Below, piece by piece: positions 13,821-25,800 of a stretch of 64,000 bases of DNA. Each line of letters begins with the position of its first letter. Positions within the stretch are counted from its first letter, which is position 1. Below the pieces are notes generated by a model. The model ran no database searches, was not told the DNA's origin, and worked only from the letters and a program-made list of their open reading frames with translations. The stretch is from assembly GCF_009914755.1 (NCBI RefSeq), contig NC_060937.1; one strand, given 5' to 3'. The stretch comes from the human T2T-CHM13v2.0 reference genome, Homo sapiens. Made by a program: the position numbers and the translations under genes.

Positions 13821-14910
13821 AGCAGGAAACCTCCTTATCATCTACTTTAACCCAAAGGAACTCTTTTAATGGTGGATGTAAGACATAGTTACAGCCAGTG
13901 GGAGACAAATTTTGGAAGAAGTGAATTTTTTGAGGTCCCTCAAACCACACTGTGTAAGTAACTCCTTGATCTACCTACGTAATAGCCAGGCTCTGACACA
14001 GACTCTGAGGGCTGCTTAGTTACCACATTCATGCATCTCTCAGCCCAAATGTGAGCAGGTCCCAACACACACCATTCACGTGTGAATGGCAAGAGAAGGC
14101 TTCCCAGATCATAGGTCAATTTCCTAGGCGTGTGATATCCTGCTTCTTCCCCGATCCTAGTGATGTCAATAGTACCTGTCCCTCCTACAACTCCTTATCA
14201 GGAATTCCACCCAACTCACAGGCATAGCTGGCTTTGGTCCTATGTTCTGAACAAAGTGAACTGCCTGCAGTTCATAGCTGAATGTTGCAGTGCTTTGTAG
14301 TGGGTAGAAGGGAAGCTAACCCACAGGATGACTTTGTGTAGCATGGCTCAAGAAATGAGCTGGTGCAATCAGATCTTTGCTTTCTATAATCTGAAGTTGG
14401 AAATGGAGAGGCTGAGTGAGTTACTAGTGAAACCAAAGATAAAATTGTGTTATATGTTTAACTCTGGATCAAGATGAGACCAATTTACATGCAAGTCAAA
14501 GTTCAGCAGCAGTTGTTGAAAGGATCAAATAAATTAATTTGTGTGAAATACTTAGAAATTGATGGGGATTCAGGATATGCTTAACAAGAAATAGCCAGTA
14601 TTCATTTTGTATCTTGATACTGGCAGCATAGCTAGAAAAATGCCTTTGGTAGAGAGAGGCACATGGAGAAGGTGTGTAGAGAGGACTTGGTTGCTGTGAG
14701 GGAAAGGACAGGCCCAGACCTGACACCATTTTAGTTGCCAAAAAAACATGCAGTCCTGCATGGAAGCTCTGCCCTTCCAGGTGACTTGGGAGAGATTCTG
14801 GTCTTTTTCCAGCTAAGTAAGCCCAAGTAAGAAACTTCCTAATTCAGAGACTAAATTAGACAAAATGAGTTATCTTCCTAACCCATTTGTAGTTTTTAGG
14901 CACAGGGTGT

Positions 14911-15402
14911 TGTTAGGAGTAATGCTCAAAATCCTAAGAAAATTGAACACTCGAACAAAGGATTCTTAGCAAAGCAATTTTACCTCTGTGCAGAGGGGTT
15001 CCTCCTTGGCCAGTCACCATGAGAGCACACCTAAACAAATGGGCACGAGAGCCTTTATTCCTGACTCAAGTCCTGCCCCTGTAACCTTTCCCCATTGGCC
15101 GGGGTCGGGTCGTACAACCTAAACTAATCCCGGTTGGCTAAACATTTGATTTTTTAAGATAAGGTGGGCACGCAAAAGAAAGTGGAGAGGAAAGGGGAAG
15201 CGGTGTCTGTAATGAGCTGGAAAGTTAGTCCTCTTTCCAAATAAGGAAAGGAATGTGAGCTGGTACTGATAACGCCTGGTACTGTGGCGCCTGGGCATCT
15301 GACAAAGGCAGAAAGGGAAAAAGGAGAAAGGAGAGGGTACTATGAATTAAAGAATAAAAGATTGATCAGATTATTTGAAGAGAAACCTCATCATATCCCA
15401 CA
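14911..15402 (-). mobile_element. LTR10-family (HERV-I) solo LTR, complete
   Basis: Reverse complement begins 'tgtgggatatgatgaggtttctcttcaaataatctgatc'; TG...CA ends; TSD GTGT at 14907-14910 and 15403-15406; minus-strand CCAAT and AATAAA. Confidence 0.85.
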
Positions 15403-16786
15403 GTGTCATGTCAAAATAATGAGCTATTGTTAAATCCTAAAAGCCCTGGTGCATTTTTTTGTACCCAAGTGTATGTTAATCTATCAGTTAATTTAATAAT
15501 TTCCGTGCCTTCCTCATTACACACATGAGCTGATAAAATCTGGCCCATGAATTTTCACAGATTCTGCTTATAAAATGTTGGGATAATGAACTAATTGAAA
15601 AACTCCCCCCACCGGCCAATTCTGAAACAAGTGCCTTTGTTAGCTGTGTTCCAGGAGAGGTTAAATATGTATTTGATTGTGTGTGGATATAACCAAGACA
15701 CTAACAATAGGTTAAATCCTTTGAAATTTCCAATTAAAGAGAAATAAAGTAAGCAAGAAATTCATAGTAATTATGACACTGTTGTGCGATGCTTTGTTAT
15801 GAATGGAAATAAAAATATAATTTTATTAGAACTGAAATAAGGATTATGTTCTCAGATTAGAGTCAAAATGCGGTGATGAAATAAGAAAAGCTACTCATTT
15901 GGCACAGAAAGAGTACAGCAGCAGAGGAGGAGAACCAGCTAACTCAAGAAATAATTGAGACGTATGCTTCAGTCAATATCACCTGCCTCTGACTCCAGAT
16001 TACACATTATGCTTTTGAGTCATGGAATCAATCTTTTGATATCTGAAATCTCTCTGCCTTTTTAGGTTTATCTTCATTTAAATCACAATGTTGTCATTAA
16101 AATTTAGACTATTTCTTGAGGACATTCCTGTTTTCCTGTTGCTGTTGGTTATCACCTTTAAATGAGCTTACCTGTTGAAAAAGTTCAGGGTGGGTTTCTT
16201 ATCATTGTTCTTAGAGATGGGCTTCCTCAGTTGCACAAAGACTTCTGCAGCAATTACACTTTCTTTGTGAAGTTGTGAGTGTAGAACTTTACAAGCATTC
16301 ACAAAAGAAGAGAAGATAGAGCAATGAACTCTCATTTATCGAATAATTTGCACTGTTGAAGTTATCATAAACCTCTAATAGCATTTTGCCAACATCGCTT
16401 AATCTATCCCCCCAATGTATTGATTTACTTATTTTTTCTTGAGTAATATAAGCAAATCCCAGACATCTCATTCCATCCATAGATACTTTGCAATGCATAA
16501 AAGATATCAAATAGTATTTCTTTAAAAAAAAGGAAAAAAAAGAAAGGGAAACTTGAAAAATACTGACCTCCACCCCTGCATTCAAGGTATCCAAATTTTA
16601 CTTTCAAGGCCTAGTTCAAATTTGCTAGGCTCCCTCTCAGTAGGGGCTGCATCCTCTTACTTGCACATTTGGAAATTTATTTTCTGCTGTCTTGTAGCAT
16701 GTCCTGAATTAACTTGACATAACATTAAATTTTGTATTTTTATTTAACTTCTCAAGAATTTATGTTGTTTCTAAAACTAGAACAGG

Positions 16787-17180
16787 GAAGCAATGTGGTA
16801 TAAAGGAAAACACTCAAATTTGGACTCAAAGGCTTAGTTCTAATTGGGATTTTGCCATTTTTACTTAAGTTTTCTGAACTTCAGTTTCTATAGCTGTAAA
16901 ATGAAGAAGAAACTGGCCCTGTTACATTGCAAGCTACTCACATTCTTACATTTTAATTTGCGTTTATTTTAATAACTTAATTTTTTAATATGGGATTAAA
17001 GATGTTTACCTGCATGAATACATTTCAACAGAACCAGAAGAATTGACTATGATTTTTTAACCCATTAAGATAGCATAAATCACAACACATGATTTATTTA
17101 TTTGAAAGATTAAATAAGATAATGAATGTGAAATGGCTGGCTCACAGCAGACTGCAATAGATGGTACCTATTATTATTAG
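16787..17180 (+). mobile_element. MIR, split by ~180 bp of intervening sequence
   Basis: 'ctgaacttcagtttctatagctgtaaaatg' then later 'aagattaaataagataatgaatgtgaaatggctggctcacag'. Confidence 0.6.
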
Positions 17181-17249
17181 CTTGGGACCAACTACCTGGA
17201 AGCAAGAGACTGTGTCTTCAAAAATTTGTTTCTTACCCCACAGAGCTTA

Positions 17250-18760
17250 GTCCTGTGACTCACACACAATCAGGAGAAGGACAATTAATATTTGGGTCTT
17301 TGCCTTGCTGATATGCCAGGTAGAGAAATGTTTACACATTAGGAAAAAAAAAAAAAAAACCTTGCGATATAGAGAGTATTTTTCACAATATCTGGAGAGA
17401 AATTTCATCTGATTTGGAATTATAGGTTGAAGGACTAGACACGACCAGGATACGTCCTGAGACTGAGGGACAAATCCTTATTCTAGCCACACGCAAACAG
17501 CGGATTTTGAAAGCTGCCTCCAGCAATATAAAAGAACCTCAGAGCTGTGACTCAGCACAGGGTTATAACACTCTGATTTATCTTTCTCTAATCTCTTCCT
17601 CAAGGTCTGAAAGAATCTACTGTGCAATTTAGCAGAAAAAGTAGACAACCTCCGCCCGGCTCTTGTGCTCCGGTAATCCTCTCTCGAACCTGTGAGCAAT
17701 TTCCAAAATCCGGTCTCTTTCTTCTAGCTCTGGTGTAAATGTCTTAGAAAGACTTGTAAACCAGAACAAGAATTCAAATAACCTGCCAGGTCAGTGTGCT
17801 TGCATAGACTTTTGAAGTTTAGAAAGATGTATGTATGACCAGAACCCCAAAGAGCTAAGCAAGATGACTGGAGGTTGCTGTTTCCAAACACCATGTCTGC
17901 ACGCAGGGAAAATGTAAGCAGGTTTAATTGTCAGGATCTCAGTACTCTGATCCCGCCTACAGTCCATCCTCTCCCAGGAACTCAGAACTCTAAGCTCTTT
18001 CTCCAAGAACTGCTGGGAGGGGACCCTGGATTTTCCTTGGGGAAAATCCAGTGTTGCCAGGCTGATGACAGATTGCTGTTTGGTATTATTAACAGATATC
18101 AGTTGAGGTTGGCAAAACCTCTCTCCTTCCTTCTGCCCCCTTGCCTGTCGATATTTATTGATTCTCCATAGCGTTTAGAGCTGAATTTAACTCCCCATTT
18201 TTTCTCTTCTCAGCCTCTCCCTGTTAACAGGTTCATCCTCTAATTCTGAGTTGAAAAATGGATCCCCTTCCCTTCCAAAGCAGGGAAACTTGACTACAGG
18301 CGATCACATTTTTTTTTTTAAATGTGTTAAGAATCACAGCAGTTGTCCACTGTTGACAAAATGCTCAAAGGACAGAGGTGTGAGGGCTTGTGAGAAAATC
18401 CACAAATTCATCACGAAGTCCGTCATGGCAGTTAACTTGAAAACCAGGGATGACAATGTGGGTGACACCTCCTTCTTAGAGTGTCCCATCGCAGAGAACA
18501 GGGGTGGCTTGATCTGTACGGCATCCAGCATTGTGGGGCCTATGGTAAGCATTCCGAGAAATAGGGGGAGCATGTAGCATCACAGGCAAGAGGCGAGATG
18601 AATGAACTTTCTGTTCATTTGAGAGTGCAGACAGAGGTAGGAGGAAGTAGGTGGAAATGAATCAGTGAAATAAACCGGCATCTGCTCGCACACGGAGCAT
18701 GCCGTTTCCTGACATGACTCACTGCCCAGCTCCTCCTGCCGCCTCTGACTCACCGTGCAG
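17250..18760. promoter_or_regulatory. Candidate AP-1/ARE-rich cis-regulatory region
   Basis: TGACTCA at 17256, 17548, 18715 and 18746; GTGACTCAGCA 17547-17557; TATAAAAG 17527; GAGGAAGT 18641; mostly repeat-free with some retained CpGs. Motif evidence only. Confidence 0.4.
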
Positions 18761-19577
18761 AGAGGCTGGTTTCTAAGGAGACCACTGAGGGCTGGGCAGT
18801 AGCCACCTGTGTAGACACTGTGCTCACATGGCCGTGGAGCCTGTTATCTAGAAAGCCTCATTTCTTTAAATGTCATTAGAGAGAGAGAGAAAAAATATTT
18901 CTTAAGGTTATTCTTGAGGTTATTTACAGACACACATCTGCTAGGAAGGAATGAAGTTCTTTGTTTGTCCAAAATAAGCAATTGATCCATGTTTTGGCCA
19001 ACAGAGCTGTGCTAAATGCTGGGCACATTTGGAATGACTGGGGGATAGGGGAAGGATGCAGGAATGAAGAAGAGAAAAATGGAATTGATATTTCAAAATA
19101 AAATGCAAGTAAATCTATGACATATACTTACATAATAGTGGCTCACATGTTTAGTACTCACTGTATGATGGACATTGCCAATAAAAGATCAGTAAGCCCA
19201 GTTCCTCCCCTCTCAGAGCTAGTAGGTCCCAGGACGGTGGAGACAGCGAGCTTCTCAGAGAGCAGCTTTTCTGCAACTCATGGAGGGTGGAGAGAGAAGT
19301 TAATGTACCCAAAGTGAGAGACACAGATGGCACCTACAGGAGCCTTTCCATTCTCAGGCCACCCAGAATCTCAATTAGTCCCACACAATGGTGTAGAAGC
19401 TCTCATCTAACTTGGTTCATTGAATGAGTTTGAAAATAATGGTAATACTGTTTGTCAGTAAAGAGATGCTGGCAAAATACTCCAAAAGTTTCTGCTCTTA
19501 AAGAGTTAACTACTTCCCCTGAATACCTATTTGTATTTTTTAATAGCTTCAAAATACCTTATCACAGGCAATGGAAA

Positions 19578-19598
19578 AACAACAACAACAACAACAAC
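19578..19598. repeat. (AAC)7 microsatellite
   Basis: Direct reading. Confidence 0.9.
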
Positions 19599-21464
19599 GT
19601 CAACCTAGCCAGTGTCAAAACTATCGTAAGTTCCCAACTAATGAATTTTAAATTTTCATGAGCTTCTATTAGGTATTTTGTACCCTTAGTTTTTTTACGC
19701 CACCAACACTTTTCATCAAAAGGGCACGAAAACATTGTGTGTTTTTAAAGGGTAAGAAAATTCTGAGGTCTTATTTTCCTTTTAACCTTATGTTCAATAA
19801 GCTCACATCCTTGCAAAGGAAGTACATAATTCTACCATAAAAATCAGCCTTTCATGGATTCAGAGTTTTTAAGAAAGTCTAAAGTAAATTTATCTGAAAA
19901 TAAATCTTCCTGAGAAAAAATACATTTTTTTCCTGGAGTCATTTTTAAAAATATGACTTGATATTATAGCTGTATGAAGGAGTATCTGAAGTACTGACTT
20001 CTTATATCATTCCTTTACATTTTCCTCAGAGTTTTGAAATTGCTCCCTATTGAACGAGCCTATTCTCTGTGCAGAGGAAGCTTTTTACACCTTCTATAGG
20101 CGTGGAAGGCAGCAAGAATAGATCTCTGGATTGGATTGTTTCTGTTTCTCCCTCCTTCTCTCTCTCCCTTCCTTCCTTCATTCCTCCCTTCTTTTTTTCT
20201 TCTTGCCATTAATAAGCGTTTTTTGAACCCCAGAGTTGACCACATATTTGCTCTTCTACCTTTACTTTGGGTTTCTTTGGAAGATACATACAAAGATGGT
20301 ATCTCAAGGTCCCTGGAAGAGTCAAGGCAGAGAAGATCCTCTATACATGAAAAGGAGGCAAAGAAGACATGGAGAAAGATGATGTCCTATTCTTAGTTAC
20401 AAGTTTCACCAAATTAGTAGTGAGAGGATCATACATTTACAAGACCTGAAGATGGTAGATGCTCTTGGGAATATAGCAGGGTGGGCAGGAAAGAGGCAAG
20501 TGGAGACTCAAGTGCATCTCTTCAACACACTTAGACTTTAAAACTCCATTTCAGCTGGCAAAGTTTGGCAGTAGATATAGTTTTGTGAGAAGTAAAAAGA
20601 CCAGATTGGAGCCATGAAAAGGAATAAAATTATTGGAGTTTCCCAGAGCCAGATCTAGGCTTTAAGTGGGAAGGAGATAATTCTTCACATTCATATCTTC
20701 ATTCTTTTGCCCAGTTCAGAAGTTGCGAAAAATGAACCAATTGATGGCCAAAGACCAAATCTAGAACAAAGAGCATTCACTCTATTTTTTTTAGATATAT
20801 GAGGATAGAGAATGAATAGCTTAACAAGGGCTCATCAGACGATCAAGAAGTAGGTCTTAATCCTGCTATGCTCCTGGCTTTGTGATAGCCGGGCATTCTC
20901 CATCCCCAAGGAGCTAATGGAGTAACTGTGCAGACACATAAAGATAAAAAATAAGAGAGAATGCTATGAGGACAGAGAGAGGAGGCATGTCCTTTTGGAA
21001 AACTTTGGGGAAGATTTCATGAAAAATTGATAGATTTTGGAGTATGGTTTCGAACTAGGTTTTGGGTTATAGGTAGTTTCACCACTAAGAGAAGAAGGTT
21101 AGGTCGAAGGAGAGTTATCAGGAACTTTTATTAAAGGAGAGAGTTATGAAAATGCACAGTGTCCAGACAACAGGGAATAGGTGCTGTAATTAAAAACATA
21201 AGTTATGGTGGAAGTTATGGCAAAGTCGTAAAAGAAGAGGCGGAAAATATAGAGGCCATGGTGCAAGATGTACTGATAGAGGCTGGCCATAGACAACAAA
21301 GCCATTAATTTACTTTTTCTTTTTTGGGGGATTGGTGGGGTGGGGATGTCGTGGGAAGGAGAATCATCAGTAAGGATCTGCTGTCAAGTGTCTATTTTAG
21401 ACACCTGATTACAGGAGTGTGGAAGATGTGTGGGAAGACTACCTATTCTTTAACTACAGCTCCC

Positions 21465-21817
21465 TGTTGTAGGTTGAGTTCCTGGAAAGGAGCTTATGAG
21501 ATGGAGATTTGCAGGTAGGAAGTTTATTGGAGATTGCTCTAGGGTGCAGGCATCAGGATTAGGCAGGGGGAGAAGTTGCTGCTACCATCACAACAAAAGC
21601 TTCAGGTTATTCCAGAGAGCCGCCCAGAGCTCGGATGGCATGTAGAGTTGTATCAAGTTGAGACAATGAGGTGAGACTTTATCTTCATATCACCTAGTCA
21701 TTGGATAAAGAAGAGGGTGTGACCTTGGTCAGCTGAGGTCAGTCAACAGGAAGAAGAACTAAGCTGCAAGCTACCAGTTGTCACCATGATCAACACCTGG
21801 GGGAATGGGTGTTTCAG
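21465..21817 (-). mobile_element. ERVL LTR (LTR40-like)
   Basis: 'gagatggagatttgcaggtaggaagtttattgg...ggattaggcagggggagaagttg...agtcattggat...gtgaccttgg'. Confidence 0.6.
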
Positions 21818-21834
21818 ATCAATCCTCAACCCGT

Positions 21835-22162
21835 CTTTCCAATCTCTAGAAATTGGCACCACCAACTACCCTGTTAATCATACCAAAAGCAGGGGTACTT
21901 CCTTGGCTTCTCAGTTTCCTTTTACCCAGTACCCACTCCACTGGTAAAATCCTGTCAGCTCCTCCTTCAAGGTTTCATCTATTTCTAGTAAGAGTATGTT
22001 AATCCTAGTTCATGCCCCCTCATCTGCCATTGGGACAAGAGACTCCTGAATGGTCTGCCTGTTTCCACTCTTGCTTGTTTACAGTCTTTTCTGTATATAG
22101 TATCATATCAATGCCTGGGACCTAGGGAATACGCAATACATATAAAATATGTGAATGAATGA
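21835..22162 (+). mobile_element. L2 3' region
   Basis: 'ctcctgaatggtctgcctgtttccactcttgc' and a 'tgaatgaatga' tail. Confidence 0.6.
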
Positions 22163-22297
22163 TTTCAGAAGGTGTAATCTCTTTAGCCATAGAGGGACCA
22201 CTCTTATGGAGAAATAGAGAATGTGTTGGCCTCTGGATGTCCTAAGGAAAAAAAAAAAGAAGACAATAAATAAATTTTGCATACTAGGGAATATTTT

Positions 22298-22723
22298 TAT
22301 AGGGTAAGTCTTATAAATGTCAACACATGCCAAACACATGTCAAAGATTTTAGTTCATTTATTAATGAGGGACCCAGTCAGAAGTCACAGCCTGTTCAAA
22401 GATGAATTCAAACTATTGCACATTTATAATTTATAAATAATGCTGAAATACATTAATAAGCAGTTGCAAAATTGGATTATTGGAGACAGAGAGAAGAAAA
22501 GATCAATTACATTTCCACCAGATACAATTTATTTGCGTCTCTATAGACAAGAAAGATCTCCACTGCACTCAGTTATTTCACAAAGATATACAATTGTTCA
22601 AAGACAATGAAGTTGCAGAAACCCTATAGAATCAGTTAATCCAGAAAGATGTGCTTACATAATACCTGGTTTTCCATTGAAGATACCCAGTAATCTTTCT
22701 GTCTCATTTCAAAGGCTTTCACA
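22298..22723 (-). mobile_element. ERV1 LTR (LTR37-like)
   Basis: 'gtaagtcttataaatgtcaaca...caaagattttagttcatttattaatgaggga' resembles the recalled LTR37; ends 'ttcaca'. Confidence 0.5.
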
Positions 22724-25419
22724 ATTTTTTTCTTTCATAGGGAAGAAGAAAGGAAGAGAGAAAAGGTAAATAAAACCAAGATTTCATGGACAGTGCTGGT
22801 TTATGGGTTATGTGTTTTCCTTGAGAAATAATTAATAGCAAGTCTTTTTCTCTCAAAAATGTCCTGGTTGGAAGATAGGATGTATAGTCACCCTATTTGG
22901 AATTCACTGTCATTTCATTATTATTTACTTAATACCCCTTATAACATATAACCAAAAGATGCATGTAGTAGAGATAGAGCTATGCTCTGAAGGATTCAAA
23001 ACAATTTAATAATTAGTGCTTTACATTGAAGCTATTAAGGCTATAGCAGCAAATCAACCATGTGAGTTTTGAAAGCAGCACAGCCAGGAACAGCCATAGC
23101 TGTTTTCTAGGCTGTCTCCTAAACATGAACCCTAAACCATCCATCTGGATGAATTTAGTCAGTCTCTGATTCCATTGATCATTGGATCTTCTCATCGTGG
23201 GAGATGGCCCCAATGCTTGGACAACATCAGTTTCTAAAACATAAGGCATTTTGTGTTTTCTGGTAATACTCCAAAGCAAAAGCCCACAATAATATTTGTG
23301 AGTATGCATTGATCAGGGAGTGAGAGCAGAAAAGGACAGGATAACAACCATCCTATGGCTGTAATAGTCTGCATTTATCATTTCTCAAAACTAGACGAGC
23401 TGAATAAGTGTCTAAAGGACTGAATTTGCTTCGGATTTTCTTTGTTGTTAAAATACACTGACCTACTCCTTTATTTCCACAGCCTCTGACAGCTATAGAA
23501 GCCATAAATCTCCTTCTTTGCCCTCTCTTTCTTTTGGTTTATACTGTAGAGGGGTTTTCAAATTCTATCACCTCTGGCTTCCCCTACATGGCATCATGCT
23601 GAGAAGCAGGCAGCTTAATCAGGCTCCCAGAACTTTTAAGAAAGCTTATGAGATAGAAAGTGCTTTTCTATAAATCTTAGAGGATTTGCTTACTTTTCCC
23701 TCCTCCTTCAAACTAGGAAGTCACATTGTGAACTGTAAACAGAACTCATTCCCAAAGGGATTAAAGCTAAATTTAGAACCAACGACTTAAGAACTGTCTG
23801 CAAACAAAACCACATGTGAATCAGCTCTATGGAACAATAGTTTGAACAAATGCAAACATAGTTACTAAAATGTTTGCCAATCGCAAGCTCTAATCAGAGT
23901 TTGCTTTATTCTGAGAAGCAAATGAGAACTCTGGAAAGGGTGTCAGTTCGTCATTTGTAAGCCCTCTTTGAAATGTTAGGTCAGAGTGAAAGTTGTAACG
24001 TAAAAGTCACTTGAGTGTTGGCCTCAAGTATCACTGTATTTTGGCCGAGCCTCTGATTTGTATGTGGTGAGAATCTCTCTTAGAAACATTTTTGAATCAT
24101 TGACATTTACAAAACAAGTCATTTGCCACAGAGGGCAGGTCCCTGAAGTCCGTTCTTGAATACAAAAGGAAAACAACTAGTGCAGCACCAACTCAGGCAT
24201 ACCAAACTCACCTTCTCAAACTGGAAGATTTCATGCCACAAGCATTTTGTAGCAGCATTCTCGGAATAGTAGTAATTATAACTAACATTTGCCTTGCCCT
24301 TTATGGTTTGCAAAGTGCTTCCAACCCAAGACGTCATTTCAGAAGTTCTCAGCATGGACCTTGTAGGAGTGGGGAAAGGGAGAGACTGTTCAGCAGCAAG
24401 TGTCAAAAGACTGCCCTTTTCAGCTACCATTTTCCTGGCCTTTGCTGTTGTGAATCCCTACAAATAAGATTCTCCTGGAAAGGAATATAAAATGTGGTTG
24501 TTATAGTCCTTCAGAGTACCTCCCTTGCAGTACTTGTTTTACATAAATACTCACTGAGTTATATACTACATCAGGAAAGGTTTCAAAAAGTGAGTACTAA
24601 TTAAACTTGGAAATAGTTTTTTAAATCACAAAATAGTCAGAAGTCTGTATCTCATTTTGGTTTCACATTCAGATCAGTCCTAAAATTGGTCAGACTTTCA
24701 AGCAAAGTCAGGCATGCCTATCTGTATATTCTGAAAATTAGGTGAATTCATTTATATATTCAGTAACTATTTAAGTACCTACTCTGTCAGTGTCTCCCAT
24801 TTTTAGATGATACAAAGATTCATAAAACCTCTGCCTTCCATAAGTTTATACTCTATTAAAGATGAGAAGGTACACACATAACACTTAAGATGCAAAATAT
24901 CAAAAGTCTAGAGAGATGAGAATTAAAATCTATTTCTGAGTTAGGAGAATTAGAGCAACCCTCACAAAGTAAGGTTTGACTTGGGCTTTACAAAGATATA
25001 TGAGAAAAGGCATTCCAAGGAGGAAAAATAGCATGCAAGATGGGAATATATAGGATGTGTTTGGGAAGTGGTAAGTTATCCATTATGGTAGGAGCACAGA
25101 TGATTTAAAAAAAAAGAAACCTAAATGAATGACATTCTTATGTGGCTCTGATAATTTTTTTCTGTGCACAGCCTAAAAAAAAACCTCAGATAAAATTTAA
25201 ATTTAAACCTATGCCACATATTAACATAAAATCATAGTTATATATAGAGACAAGTATATAGCTCTGAGTATAATTATATATGTTCACAACTGATTCACAC
25301 TCCTATTTTTATAGCTATTATATTTCCTTTTTTTCCTATAAAGGAACAAAAAATGTTTCCTTATTTAGCAATAATGCACTTTCTTTTATCATTAAGCAAA
25401 ACCAAAAAAAAAAACTAAA

Positions 25420-25740
25420 TGAGCAACCAAAATCTACTGCCCAAAATGATCATTGTTCACATTTTATGTATATTCTTCCAGCTTTATCATCTACTATATA
25501 AATATAAATATGTTTTAAAATATTAGAAACATTTTTCTTTTTACCAAAGATTTTTTTACAAGTATTTCTATTTCTGTTGCTGCATGATATTCCATTATAT
25601 GGAAGTGCCAATATTTTTTTAACCAATTTCCTATTGTTAGACATCTGGGTGGTCTATGGTTAGCAATGAACAGCCTTACAATAAACCTTTGCTTGCATCC
25701 ATGAATATTTCCTTAGGATAAATAACAAGAAGTGACCTTC
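25420..25740 (-). mobile_element. L1ME-type 3' fragment
   Basis: 'tccattatatgga...aaccaatttcctattgttagacatctggg...atttccttaggataaata'. Confidence 0.55.
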
Positions 25741-25749
25741 CTACTTCAT

Positions 25750-25750
<1 letters not shown>

Positions 25751-25798
<48 letters not shown>
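25751..25798. repeat. (GT)24 perfect microsatellite
   Basis: Direct reading. Confidence 0.97.
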
Positions 25799-25800
<2 letters not shown>

